64,000 bases of DNA from Acidobacteriota bacterium (lineage in GTDB: Bacteria > Acidobacteriota > Terriglobia > Terriglobales > Acidobacteriaceae), in the NCBI GenBank assembly GCA_003224905.1, contig QIAA01000051.1:516-64515 (forward strand). Direction: 5' to 3'. How positions within the stretch are numbered: position 1 is the first letter of the stretch; every line of letters starts with the position of its first letter. The position numbers and the translations under genes are program-made. Shown piece after piece: positions 9,384 through 18,658 of the stretch. The notes beneath the pieces were generated by a model. That model made no database searches, was not told the DNA's origin, and worked only from the letters and a program-made list of their open reading frames with translations.

Positions 9384-10700
9384 ATGCGAAAGCACCTGGT
9401 GGTTTTTTTTCTTTTACTTCAGGCGCTGTGCGCTCTGGAGCGGCAGCCGACGGGCAACTACCGTGCGCGACGGCAGGCGTTGGCGGCGAAGACAAATGGC
9501 GGCGTCGTACTGCTGTTCGCCTCGGCCGAGGCTGAAGGACCAAACGCGGTGTATGGCTATCGTCCCGAGGATAATTTTTACTATCTTTCGGGCTGGCCGG
9601 AGCCGGGAGCAGCGCTGCTGATCGCTCCTCCTGCGGAGAAGCAGTCCTACACTGAAATACTCTTTCTTCCCAACCGCAATCCCGCCCAGGAGAAGTGGAC
9701 CGGGACAAAGTTGGGCCCTCAAAACTCAGAGGCTGGGAAGATCACGGGTTTCGATCACGTTGAGGTACTCGACAACTTGCGAGCCGAGCTGGTCCGCTTG
9801 CTTCCGGCGCAACTGGCAACCATTTTCACCGACGTTCCTGGTGACGAACAGAATTCGAACTCAGAAGCCGCGCTCAGCTGGTTACGGCGATCTAATGCCT
9901 TTCCGCTTTCTACTAGTTTTAAAGATGTGCGGCCCCTTCTGGCTTCTCTTCGCACTCGCAAGGATTCGGGAGAGATCGACCTCATTCGCAAAGCGACGGA
10001 GGCCTCGGTCGCCGCCCACCTTGCGGCCATGCACACGATGAAACCGGGCATCACTGAACGTGTGGTCTCGGCACTGTTGCAGCATGAATGGGGAAAGCGT
10101 GGTTGCGAGCGGCCGGCTTACGCTCCGATTGTAGGATCGGGGTTCAGTTCGACCGTCCTTCACTATTCTCAGGATTCTCAAACCATTCAGGCAGGGGATG
10201 TCGTAGTGATTGACGCTGCAGGCGAGTACTCTATGTATGCGTCCGATATTACGCGGACGCTTCCCGCGTCGGGGAAGTTTACGGCACGGCAGCGGGAGAT
10301 TTACGACATCGTTTTGGGAGCGCAGCAGGCGGCAATTGCGGCGTTTAAGTCTGGCAAGTCGCGGCTGAGACGAAAGCAGCCGGATTCACTGTACGATATA
10401 GCTTATAGCTATATCAATTCGCATGGAAAGGATTTGCACGGGCAGCCGCTGGGGCAGTACTTCATTCACGGGCTGGGACATTACGTCGGGCTAGATGTTC
10501 ATGATGAGGGGGATTACGATGTCGCGCTCGACCCGGGAATGGTTTTCACGCTGGAGCCGGGGATTTACATTCCAGAAGAAAAGCTGGGAGTGAGGATTGA
10601 GGATGTGGTTTACGTCGACAAGGATGGAAAACTGGTGAACCTGGCTGCGGGGCTGCCGCACTCGGCGGAGGAAGTCGAGCGGGAGATGGCGAGGCGATGA
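9384..10700 (+). CDS. Xaa-Pro aminopeptidase (M24B), secreted
   Basis: Signal-like MRKHLVVFFLLLQALCA. M24 metal ligands lie in VVIDAAGEYSMYASDITRT, HGLGHYVGLDVHD, EPGIY and RIEDVV. Confidence 0.85.
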   Translation: MRKHLVVFFLLLQALCALERQPTGNYRARRQALAAKTNGGVVLLFASAEAEGPNAVYGYRPEDNFYYLSGWPEPGAALLIAPPAEKQSYTEILFLPNRNPAQEKWTGTKLGPQNSEAGKITGFDHVEVLDNLRAELVRLLPAQLATIFTDVPGDEQNSNSEAALSWLRRSNAFPLSTSFKDVRPLLASLRTRKDSGEIDLIRKATEASVAAHLAAMHTMKPGITERVVSALLQHEWGKRGCERPAYAPIVGSGFSSTVLHYSQDSQTIQAGDVVVIDAAGEYSMYASDITRTLPASGKFTARQREIYDIVLGAQQAAIAAFKSGKSRLRRKQPDSLYDIAYSYINSHGKDLHGQPLGQYFIHGLGHYVGLDVHDEGDYDVALDPGMVFTLEPGIYIPEEKLGVRIEDVVYVDKDGKLVNLAAGLPHSAEEVEREMARR

Positions 10701-10704
10701 AAAT

Positions 10705-10752
10705 CTTGACCGCAAAGTTCGCAAAAACGACGCGAAGAAACGCAAAGAGAAG
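10705..10752 (+). repeat. Purine-rich TTAACC-GCAGAG family repeat (A-rich degenerate copy)
   Basis: CTTGACCGCAAAGTTCGCAAAAACGACGCGAAGAAACGCAAAGAGAAG lies directly after the aminopeptidase stop. It aligns with the copies at 14561, 18057 and 19324. Confidence 0.6.
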
Positions 10753-10820
10753 CCTAAGAGCATCGAAATACGCTATGACACAGGCAACCTGACGTTTTGA
10801 TATTCTAGGTCGTCGTGCGG

Positions 10821-10949
10821 ATGATCTGGTGGTTTCTGATTCTGGCCTGCAGCGGCGGAGCATCGCTGTGGGCGGCACTGGCACTGTTTATCTACGTGAG
10901 GCGCCAGCTTAAAGAGGCAGCTACTAAGGAATCGCCAGAAAGTGAGTAG
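10821..10949 (+). CDS. Possible 42-aa single-TM peptide upstream of bioY
   Basis: My translation: MIWWFLILACSGGASLWAALALFIYVRRQLKEAATKESPESE. It is too short for the ORF track and I see no clear RBS. Confidence 0.2.
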   Translation: MIWWFLILACSGGASLWAALALFIYVRRQLKEAATKESPESE

Positions 10950-10969
10950 GAACTCCGGAGAACGTTACG

Positions 10970-11548
10970 ATGGCAAGAACTGATTCGGCGGTTTTACCTG
11001 GCAGCGATCGAGTACAGCCGTGGGTCCTGCAAACAAGCATCATTGTGGGCGCAAGTCTGTTCGTTGCTTTGTGCGCTCGGATCACACTGCCTCTGCCCTT
11101 CACGCCGGTGCCGTTAACTCTGCAGAATTTCGGCGTGTTGGTGGTGGGGTTGTTGCTTGGCAGCCGCCGTGGATTCGCCGCGCTGGCGTTGTATCTCACC
11201 GAAGGTCTTGCCGGGCTACCGGTGTTCAACCCCACTGGGCCGGGCGGCTTGGCACAGGTTCTGGGTCCGACGGGGGGGTATTTGATGGCATATCCGTTCG
11301 TGGCCTGGGTCGCGGGATGGATCTTTGAGCGTGGGAAAAAGAGTTTTGGCCGGGCTGTCACAGCTAATTTCGCAGCTGAGATCGTGCTGTTCGCAGGCGG
11401 ATTGTCGTGGTTAGGAATTCTGACGCATTCGCTTTCGCGCGCGTTTCTCTACGGACTTTACTGGTTTGTGTTTGCGGAAGTCATCAAAATCATGGTTGCC
11501 GGCGCTATTGCCGCCGGATGGCAGCGCGTTCACAGGTCGGAATCATGA
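10970..11548 (+). CDS. bioY: Biotin transporter BioY (ECF S-component)
   Basis: [27 protein letters not shown]...LAGLPVF...[19 protein letters not shown] matches the BioY family core. Confidence 0.85.
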   Translation: MARTDSAVLPGSDRVQPWVLQTSIIVGASLFVALCARITLPLPFTPVPLTLQNFGVLVVGLLLGSRRGFAALALYLTEGLAGLPVFNPTGPGGLAQVLGPTGGYLMAYPFVAWVAGWIFERGKKSFGRAVTANFAAEIVLFAGGLSWLGILTHSLSRAFLYGLYWFVFAEVIKIMVAGAIAAGWQRVHRSES

Positions 11549-12432
11549 GTCCACAGGCAACGATCCCCGTCACCCACAACTCTACCGACGACCGTGCGGT
11601 ACGGGAGATTACCGTTGCTCACAGTCCTGATTCCGATGACGCCTTCATGTTCTACGGTCTCGCGACCAATAAGGTTCGGGTTCCGGGGCTGCACTTCACG
11701 CACACGCTGTGCGATATCCAAACGCTGAATCAAAAAGCGATGGAGGATGGCGGGCTGTACGACGTCACCGCTATCTCGTTTCACGCGTATCCATACATTC
11801 AGGGTAACTACGCCCTACTCTCCAGCGGAGGTAGTGTAGGCGAAGGCTACGGGCCAATGATCGTGGCCACGCAGGCGTACTCTGAGAGTGAAATCAAGCG
11901 GAAACGCATCGCGGTGCCGGGAAAACTTACCACGGCATATCTTGTGCTGCAGCTTTTTGCTCCCGGAATCGAAACACAGGTTGTGCCTTTTGATCAGATC
12001 ATTCCTCAGATTTCGGAAGGCCGCCAGGACGCGGGGCTAATTATTCACGAGGGACAATTGACGTATGCGAAATCCGGGCTGCACCGCGTTGTTGATCTGG
12101 GCAGATGGTGGCGCCGCGTGACTGGCCTCCCCTTGCCTTTGGGAGGCAATGCGATTCGCCGCAGTCTTGGAGCTGAGGTGATTGCGCAGGTTGCAACCGC
12201 ACTGCGGCAAAGTATTCAGTATGCGCTTGATCATCGCGAAGAAGCGCTGGCTTATGCGATGCAGTTTGCGCGTGATCTCGATCCGCAGCTCGCGGACAAA
12301 TTCGTCGGCATGTACGTGAACGAGCGCACGCTGGATTATGGGCCTGACGGGCGGGAGGCGATCCGCCGTCTGCTGGGGATGGGGCACAATGCCGGGATCA
12401 TCCCCCATCCGGTAAAAGTGGATTTCGTGTAG
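11545..12432 (+). CDS. MqnD-like protein (MqnA/MqnD VitK2_biosynth family; probable 1,4-dihydroxy-6-naphthoate synthase)
   Basis: The start ATG overlaps the bioY stop (ATGA). [18 protein letters not shown]...[10 protein letters not shown]...[11 protein letters not shown]. The track ORF from 11407 is an unsupported extension that overlaps bioY. Confidence 0.7.
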   Translation: MSPQATIPVTHNSTDDRAVREITVAHSPDSDDAFMFYGLATNKVRVPGLHFTHTLCDIQTLNQKAMEDGGLYDVTAISFHAYPYIQGNYALLSSGGSVGEGYGPMIVATQAYSESEIKRKRIAVPGKLTTAYLVLQLFAPGIETQVVPFDQIIPQISEGRQDAGLIIHEGQLTYAKSGLHRVVDLGRWWRRVTGLPLPLGGNAIRRSLGAEVIAQVATALRQSIQYALDHREEALAYAMQFARDLDPQLADKFVGMYVNERTLDYGPDGREAIRRLLGMGHNAGIIPHPVKVDFV

Positions 12433-12478
12433 CTCCATAGCCTCTCTTTCAACCTGCATTTCTCCTTTAAGATGAGGT

Positions 12479-13189
12479 GTGATGACTGCTGACGCAAATG
12501 GCGCGCAGACGCTGCTCATCGATGCCGACGACACGCTCTGGGAAAACAATATTTACTTCGAGCGCGCCATTGCGAATTTCATTTCATTTCTCAATCATCA
12601 CGAGTTCTCTCCCGAGCAAGTGCGTGAAGTTCTCAATGACGTGGAGCGCGAGTGCATTATCACGCACGGGTACGGATTGCACAGCTTCGCTCATGCATTG
12701 GTGCAGACGTTCGAACGGCTCGCGGTTGAGCCGCTCACGCCTGCTCTGCATGAAACCATCAGCGGGTTTGCTCATACCATCGCAGAGCATCCGGTCGAGA
12801 TACTGGCGGGAGTTCCGGAGACATTGCAGTACCTCGGCGGGCGGCATCATCTGATTCTGCTGACCAAAGGCGCCATGGCTGAGCAATCGGGCAAGGTAGA
12901 ACGGAGCGGGCTGAAAGAATATTTTTCTGCGGTTGAGATTGTTGCGGAGAAAGATGTATCGACGTATGAGTCGATAATCTCGAAGTATGGTCTTGTTCCG
13001 GATATTTCCTGGATGATTGGGAACAGCCCGAAATCGGACATTAACCCGGCTCTATATGCCGGACTCAATGCAGTCTTTGTTCCCCACGGGGATACCTGGG
13101 TTCTGGAGCATGAAGAGCTGGCGACTGCCCAGCCGCCTAGCCGACTGATTGTGGTGGAGAAGTTCGCGGGGTTAAGGGAACATTTCTAG
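12479..13189 (+). CDS. HAD superfamily hydrolase
   Basis: Motif I LLIDADDTLWENN, and later LLTKG and GNSPKSDI. Confidence 0.7.
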   Translation: MMTADANGAQTLLIDADDTLWENNIYFERAIANFISFLNHHEFSPEQVREVLNDVERECIITHGYGLHSFAHALVQTFERLAVEPLTPALHETISGFAHTIAEHPVEILAGVPETLQYLGGRHHLILLTKGAMAEQSGKVERSGLKEYFSAVEIVAEKDVSTYESIISKYGLVPDISWMIGNSPKSDINPALYAGLNAVFVPHGDTWVLEHEELATAQPPSRLIVVEKFAGLREHF

Positions 13190-13261
13190 AAGCGAGCAAC
13201 TGCACCAAACTAACCAACAAACCTCATCATCTTCCTGCAACATGCGCGTGATACTCTTTTT

Positions 13262-14545
13262 TTGCTCTGGTTTTTCTGCCTCCGCTCACGCGTGGCAGTG
13301 CAGAAAAGTAATTTCCGGCGGCTTCTGCGAACCGTGGAGTCCCTCGCCGATCTCGGCCCCGAGATGACGGCCGAGCGCGACTTTGCACAGACAGCACGTG
13401 CGATTGTCTCGGCGCTGCTGCAGGCCGGCAGCGCGCGAGAGGTCGTGCTCTTCAGATTCAGCGACAAGCCTTCGATGCTGACTTCCATCGCTTCGGAAGG
13501 CTTCGCGCTGATGCCGGAGCCTGCCATTATTCCTCTGCTGCCGAAGCACGTTTACGCACTTACGGCGGCGCGTGGGCCTGTCGTCCTGAGTTCGAATTCC
13601 TACGAGAATTTTCTAAGTTCCAACGGGAATGTTGCGCCTGAGCTCTTCAAATGCATTGCGCCGCTCAAGGTCGGAGGCAAGCTGGTGGGGATGGCAGCTT
13701 TGGGCCGACGGCAGGGCGATGCACTCTACGAACAGGACGAGCTCGAAGCTCTGGATCTGCTCTGCCATTACATTGCGCTGGGAATTCAGAACCAGGCACT
13801 GGCGCAGACTCTGGCGCAAAGGGTCTCGGAAAATCTGCGGCTCATGGCTTCCCTGCACGGTTTCTACGACACGGCGCTCGAGGCCTTTGCCGCAGCCATC
13901 GATGTGAAGCATGTGAACATTCATGGGCACTCTTTGCGCGTGGGGCGATATGCCGCGGGTATCGGAGAGGCGATGGGGTTGGAGCCGAACGACACGGGCG
14001 CGCTGCGCTCGGCGGGGTATCTGCACGATATCGGCAAGGTTGCGGTGGATAAACGTCTGTTCGGCAAGCCGACGTCTCTGGATCCGGAAGAGTTTCGCGA
14101 GATGGCGGATCACACGATTGTCGGACATCAGATTGTGAGCGGCGTGCAGTTCCCGTGGCCGCGAATACCGGAAATTGTGCGGTGGCATCATGAGCGGGGC
14201 GATGGATCGGGCTACCCCGACGGGCTGATGATGGAGGATGTGCCTATGCCGGTGCGCATTATTGCGCTGGCGGATACGTTTGACGCGATGACGAGCGAAC
14301 GTCCGTATCGTGAGCCGCTCTCGGTGGGCAGCACGTTGAGCGAGATTGTGCGGCTGTCGCCACAGAAGTTTGATCCGACTGCGGTGCACGGGCTGCTGGT
14401 GCAGATTCGGCGTGATGCGGTGGGCAGCAACCGGGCACCGTTTCTGGCGGACCGCATGTCGGTGAATATAGCGCCGGCGGATGTGGATCAGCTGGCTGCG
14501 ACCTTGCAGCATAAGATCACGCATGGGCGGCTGTATCTGACGTAG
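13262..14545 (+). CDS. GAF-domain HD-GYP phosphodiesterase (c-di-GMP signalling)
   Basis: HSLRVGRYA...GYLHDIGKV...HHERGDGSGYPDGL. The start is uncertain: TTG 13262, or in-frame GTG at 13292 or 13298. Confidence 0.85.
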   Translation: MLWFFCLRSRVAVQKSNFRRLLRTVESLADLGPEMTAERDFAQTARAIVSALLQAGSAREVVLFRFSDKPSMLTSIASEGFALMPEPAIIPLLPKHVYALTAARGPVVLSSNSYENFLSSNGNVAPELFKCIAPLKVGGKLVGMAALGRRQGDALYEQDELEALDLLCHYIALGIQNQALAQTLAQRVSENLRLMASLHGFYDTALEAFAAAIDVKHVNIHGHSLRVGRYAAGIGEAMGLEPNDTGALRSAGYLHDIGKVAVDKRLFGKPTSLDPEEFREMADHTIVGHQIVSGVQFPWPRIPEIVRWHHERGDGSGYPDGLMMEDVPMPVRIIALADTFDAMTSERPYREPLSVGSTLSEIVRLSPQKFDPTAVHGLLVQIRRDAVGSNRAPFLADRMSVNIAPADVDQLAATLQHKITHGRLYLT

Positions 14546-14560
14546 CCTCCGCTTGAGTGG

Positions 14561-14590
14561 AAAATCTTTAACCGCCGAGAGCGCAGAGAG
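14561..14590 (+). repeat. TTAACC-GCAGAG family repeat
   Basis: AAAATCTTTAACCGCCGAGAGCGCAGAGAG lies just after the HD-GYP stop. It shares the head GAAAATCTT(T)AACCGC with the copy at 10705. Confidence 0.6.
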
Positions 14591-14692
14591 TTGCCCAAAG
14601 ACCTCTAATCGCCTTGCACCTAAGACCTACGTAATCCCTCCGGGCGACAACTTTTCTCGTCATTTGGGTTCATAATCTTAAGGATCTAAGCG

Positions 14693-16681
14693 GTGTTTAT
14701 GGTCTTGTCGCGGCGGGTGACTGGGCTGATCGTGCTGATCGCGGGCCTTGGTGTCGGCACGAGCGTTTTGGCGTTCGGTAAGAAAGATAAGCACAGCCTA
14801 CCCGCGTCCCAAATGGAGGAATCGAAACGCGCGCTGCATGCGTTGAATCGGTTGACGTTTGGGCCGCGGGCGGGGGATGTGCAGCGCGTGCTTGCCATGG
14901 GGTTGGAGAAGTGGATCGACGAGCAGCTTCATCCGGAGAAGGTTGATGATCACGCGGTCGAGGCGCGGCTGGCGCCGTTCCGCACGTTGCGGATGGATAC
15001 GCGCGAGATCGTGGAGAACTTTCCGTCGCAGCAGGTGATCAAGGCGGTGGCGGAAGGCAAGCAGTCGATGCCCTCGGATGCAGCTCAGCGCGCCGTGTAT
15101 CGCGCACAGCTGGAGCGTTACGAGGAGAAGAAAGAGCGGAAAGAGGAGCCCGGCGGCTCGGAAGCGGCGACGGGAGGTGACAAGCTCAGCGATGAGCAGC
15201 GCGCGCGGCGGCGCGAGGACCGGTTCTATGCCGACGTCAAGGCTGAAGAGATGCTCGACCTGCCGCCCGATCAGCGGTTCAAAGAGATTCTGAAGATGTC
15301 GCCGGCAGAGCAGCGGGGGTTTTCTAACGCGCTGAAAGGCAACCGGCGAGACGACTTCATGGAAGGCATGGATTCGCGGCAGCGCGAGACTTTGATGGCG
15401 CTGAACAATCCGCAGCAGGTGGTTACGGATGAACTGGTTCAGGGCAATCTGCTGCGGGCCATCTACAGCGAGCGCCAGCTTGATGAAGTGATGATGGATT
15501 TCTGGTTCAACCACTTCAATGTATTTATCGGGAAGGGGGCGGATCGATATCTGCTCACCAGTTATGAGCGGGATGTGATTCGTCCGCATGGGCTGGGGAA
15601 ATTTGAGGAACTGCTGGTGGCCACGGCCCAGAGCCCGGCGATGCTGTTCTATCTGGACAATTGGTTAAGCGTGGGTCCGAATTCGGATGCGGCGAATGGA
15701 ATTCCGAAGCACGGGCCTGACCGGAACAGGCGCCGGCGAATGGCGCGGCGGTTTCCGCAGAAGCAGGCGAAAGGCAAGCGCAACGGCTTAAATGAAAACT
15801 ACGGGCGCGAACTGATGGAGCTGCATACGCTGGGCGTGAACGGAGGCTATACACAGAAAGATGTGACCGAAGTCGCGCGCGTGTTCACCGGCTGGACGCT
15901 GAAGCAGCCGAAGCAGGGCGGAGGGTTCACCTTCGAAGAGCGCATGCATGAGCCGGGAGACAAGATCGTGCTCGGGCATCGGATAAAGTCCGGCGGCGAG
16001 AAGGAAGGGCGAGAGGTGCTGCACCTGCTGGCGCGGAATCCGTCGACGGCGCGATTTATCTGCACCAAGCTGGCGGGGCGATTTGTTTCCGATAACCCGC
16101 CGACGAGTCTGGTGGATCGAATGTCACAGAAGTTTCTTAAGAAAGACGGCGATATTCGTGAAGTGTTGAAGGCTATGCTCGAATCTCCGGAATTCTGGTC
16201 GCTGGAGGCGTATCGCGCCAAGGTGAAAACGCCGCTGGAGTTTGTGGTTTCGGGGGTGCGCGCAACCGGCGCTGATGTGGGCGATGCCACGCCGCTGGCC
16301 CGGCAATTGCAATCGATGGGAATGCCACTGTACGGAGCGCAACCACCGACGGGCTATTCCACGAAAGCTGACGCCTGGGTGAATTCCTCCTCGTTGCTGG
16401 GGCGTATGAACTTCGCCCTGGCGTTGACCGGGGGGAAATTGAAGGGAGTGCGAGTGGATGCGGATACTAATGTTGCATCCCATGATCCGCCGGGAGTTCT
16501 TGCTGAGCTGGAGAATACCTTGTTGGCCGGCGATGTTTCGAAGCAGACGCACGACACTATTGCCGCGAAACTGGATGATCCGGCGATCACGCAGCGCAAA
16601 CTTGACGATGCCGCGCGGGCGCCGGATGTTAAGGTGATCACAGGATTGTTGCTTGGTTCGCCTGAGTTTCAGAGGAGATAG
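14693..16681 (+). CDS. DUF1800 domain protein
   Basis: 662 aa with an N-terminal hydrophobic anchor. FWFNHFNVF...RELMELHTLGV...YTQKDV is typical of DUF1800. It is paired with the downstream DUF1501 gene. Confidence 0.75.
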   Translation: MFMVLSRRVTGLIVLIAGLGVGTSVLAFGKKDKHSLPASQMEESKRALHALNRLTFGPRAGDVQRVLAMGLEKWIDEQLHPEKVDDHAVEARLAPFRTLRMDTREIVENFPSQQVIKAVAEGKQSMPSDAAQRAVYRAQLERYEEKKERKEEPGGSEAATGGDKLSDEQRARRREDRFYADVKAEEMLDLPPDQRFKEILKMSPAEQRGFSNALKGNRRDDFMEGMDSRQRETLMALNNPQQVVTDELVQGNLLRAIYSERQLDEVMMDFWFNHFNVFIGKGADRYLLTSYERDVIRPHGLGKFEELLVATAQSPAMLFYLDNWLSVGPNSDAANGIPKHGPDRNRRRRMARRFPQKQAKGKRNGLNENYGRELMELHTLGVNGGYTQKDVTEVARVFTGWTLKQPKQGGGFTFEERMHEPGDKIVLGHRIKSGGEKEGREVLHLLARNPSTARFICTKLAGRFVSDNPPTSLVDRMSQKFLKKDGDIREVLKAMLESPEFWSLEAYRAKVKTPLEFVVSGVRATGADVGDATPLARQLQSMGMPLYGAQPPTGYSTKADAWVNSSSLLGRMNFALALTGGKLKGVRVDADTNVASHDPPGVLAELENTLLAGDVSKQTHDTIAAKLDDPAITQRKLDDAARAPDVKVITGLLLGSPEFQRR

Positions 16682-16724
16682 ATGACAGCTATCAGCCCAT
16701 ACGTGATGAAGAAGAAAATGCATA

Positions 16725-16762
16725 GATCCTTCGGCGCAAAGAACGCGCCTCAGGATGACAGG
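16725..16762 (+). repeat. Hairpin repeat, TCCTTCG...CTCAGGATGACA family (copy A)
   Basis: GATCCTTCGGCGCAAAGAACGCGCCTCAGGATGACAGG. Nested stems ATCCT/AGGAT and GGCGC/GCGCC, read by eye. Confidence 0.7.
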
Positions 16763-16818
16763 TTTAGAGGGACGGCGTTAACTGAAAGCTGATCGCTGAT
16801 GGCTGAAAGCTAAGACTT

Positions 16819-18054
16819 ATGTCCATTACACGACGCATCTTTCTTCGGGATAGCGCGCTGGCGGTTGTGGGTACGGCCGCGATTCCCAGCTTCCTGACCC
16901 GTGCAGCGTTCGGGGCTGCTGCTGGAGCTCGGAACAAGCGTCTGGTTGTGATTTTTCAGCGCGGGGCAGCGGATGGGCTGAATATCGTCGTGCCCCATGG
17001 CGAGCAGGGGTATTACGCAATGCGGCCCTCGATCAACATTCCGCGCAACTCGGTGATTGATCTTGACGGGTTCTTCGGGTTGCATCCGGCTATGTCTCCG
17101 CTGCAGGCGCTGTGGGATCAGCGTCATCTTGCGATCATACATGCGGCCGGGTCGCCCGATCCGACGCGCTCCCACTTCGATGCGCAGGATTTCATGGAAT
17201 CGGGAACGCCCGGGTTGAAGGCGACCGAGGATGGGTGGCTGAATCGGGCCCTGCATTCTGCATTTGCGCCGGCTGAAAAGTCTGCGTTCCGAGCGGTTGC
17301 GTTGGGGCCGTCGCTGCCGCGGATTCTCACCGGAGGCGAGCCCGCAATTGCTGTGAATAACATCAACGACTTCGGGGTCGGAGGCCGGAATTCTTCGTCT
17401 GTAGCCAACACCTTTGAGGCGATGTACGCGAACTCGGTCGATGCGGTGCTGCACGGCACGGGCAACGAGACTTTCGAAGCGGTGAAGATGCTGAAGTCGG
17501 CGAATCCGGCGAAGTACGCTCCCGCCCCGGGGGCAAATTATCCGCGGGGGCGATTCGGGGAAAGCCTGAAAGAGCTGGCGCAGCTTATCAAAGCCAACTT
17601 GGGCGTACAGGTGGCGTTTGCTGACATCGGCGGCTGGGATCACCACGTCAACGAAGGCAGCACGCAGGGGCAGCTGGCGAATGTGCTGCGTGAATTCTCC
17701 CAATCGCTGGGGGCATTCTGGATTGATCTCGGCGATTTGGCGGAAGATACGGTGGTTATAACGATGTCCGAGTTCGGGCGGACGGCGCGCGAAAATGGCA
17801 ATCGCGGGACTGACCACGGACATGCCAACGTGATGTTCGTTATGGGTGGTCCGGTGAAGGGCGGCAAAGTTTACGGACGGTGGCCGGGGCTGGACCAGTC
17901 ACAACTCTATGAAGGGCGAGATTTGGCAGTCACGACGGACTTCCGGCGGGTGATCGGGGAGGCGGTGTATCAGCATCTGGGGAACAAGAATTTGGACAGG
18001 GTGTTTCCAACGTTCCCCAACCAGCCGGGAACGTTTTTGCATGTCTTAGGGTAA
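16819..18054 (+). CDS. DUF1501 domain protein (sulfatase-like fold) with twin-arginine signal
   Basis: MSITRRIFLRDSALAVVGTAAIPSF is a TAT-type signal. GGWDHH...EFGRT...GTDHGH is the DUF1501 core. Confidence 0.85.
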   Translation: MSITRRIFLRDSALAVVGTAAIPSFLTRAAFGAAAGARNKRLVVIFQRGAADGLNIVVPHGEQGYYAMRPSINIPRNSVIDLDGFFGLHPAMSPLQALWDQRHLAIIHAAGSPDPTRSHFDAQDFMESGTPGLKATEDGWLNRALHSAFAPAEKSAFRAVALGPSLPRILTGGEPAIAVNNINDFGVGGRNSSSVANTFEAMYANSVDAVLHGTGNETFEAVKMLKSANPAKYAPAPGANYPRGRFGESLKELAQLIKANLGVQVAFADIGGWDHHVNEGSTQGQLANVLREFSQSLGAFWIDLGDLAEDTVVITMSEFGRTARENGNRGTDHGHANVMFVMGGPVKGGKVYGRWPGLDQSQLYEGRDLAVTTDFRRVIGEAVYQHLGNKNLDRVFPTFPNQPGTFLHVLG

Positions 18055-18056
18055 AG

Positions 18057-18113
18057 TCAAAAGCTTTTAACCGCAGAGTTCGCTGAGGATGCCGCAGAGG
18101 ACGCGGAGAAAAG
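18057..18113 (+). repeat. TTAACC-GCAGAG family repeat (best copy)
   Basis: GTCAAAAGCTTTTAACCGCAGAGTTCGCTGAGGATGCCGCAGAGGACGCGGAGAAAAG lies between the convergent DUF1501 and Rieske genes. Confidence 0.65.
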
Positions 18114-18126
18114 CTATCAAACCAGA

Positions 18127-18501
18127 TTAGATCTCGATCATCACTTCGCCGTTCTCAATCTTTATCGGATACACGGCGACGCGGGCGTTTGGGTTGTGTG
18201 CGGCCTGGCCGGTCTGGGGATCGTATTGCCAGCCGTGCCAGGGGCAGACGACTTTGCCCTCTTCGATCATTCCCTGCCCCAGTGGACCGCCGTGGTGGAG
18301 ACAGACGTTGTCCATGGCGGAGATGGTGCCGTCTACGTTGGCGACGCAGATGATCCCGTCGCCAAGTTCGAATTCTTTGGCTTCGCCGGGGGCGGGGAGT
18401 TCGGATTGGGCAGCGAGTTTGACGAATGCCGGCATGGAAATCGCCGAGCTCTGCTCGGCTGGAACCTCCGAGTGCGCAACCAGGCTTGCGAGGGCGTCCA
18501 T
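18127..18501 (-). CDS. Rieske [2Fe-2S] domain protein
   Basis: CLHHGGPL...CPWHGWQY (CxH...CxxH). The start could instead be the internal Met at 18435. Confidence 0.8.
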   Translation of the reverse strand: MDALASLVAHSEVPAEQSSAISMPAFVKLAAQSELPAPGEAKEFELGDGIICVANVDGTISAMDNVCLHHGGPLGQGMIEEGKVVCPWHGWQYDPQTGQAAHNPNARVAVYPIKIENGEVMIEI

Positions 18502-18530
18502 CTCCCCCGTCTTCTCGTACCTTCTCTTTC

Positions 18531-18609
18531 GCCCCTTCGGGGCTCGCTCCCGTCCGACCTATGACCCAGGGCTCGCGCCCTGGGCTGCATTCTTCCGCCG
18601 CTTCGCGGC
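18531..18609. repeat. Composite GC-rich triple-hairpin element
   Basis: Three stems: GCCCCTTCGGGGC (18531..18543), CCCAGGGCTCGCGCCCTGGG (18565..18584) and GCCGCTTCGCGGC (18597..18609). The element lies between the nuoB stop and the Rieske start. Confidence 0.7.
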
Positions 18610-18658
18610 TGACTGGCAGATTCTTTCCGCTACGATACAGACCCCCAGGGGATCGCGG

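Noticed and set aside
13613-14524. 303-aa minus-strand ORF opposite the HD-GYP gene
   Set aside because: An Arg/His/Pro-rich low-complexity translation. The + strand frame carries the unambiguous HDIGK and HHERGDGSGYPDG motifs.
14798-15589. 263-aa minus-strand ORF opposite the DUF1800 gene
   Set aside because: An antisense shadow with Arg/Leu/His-rich composition and no motifs.
16810-17823. 337-aa minus-strand ORF opposite the DUF1501 gene
   Set aside because: An antisense shadow. The + strand frame has the TAT signal and the DUF1501 core.
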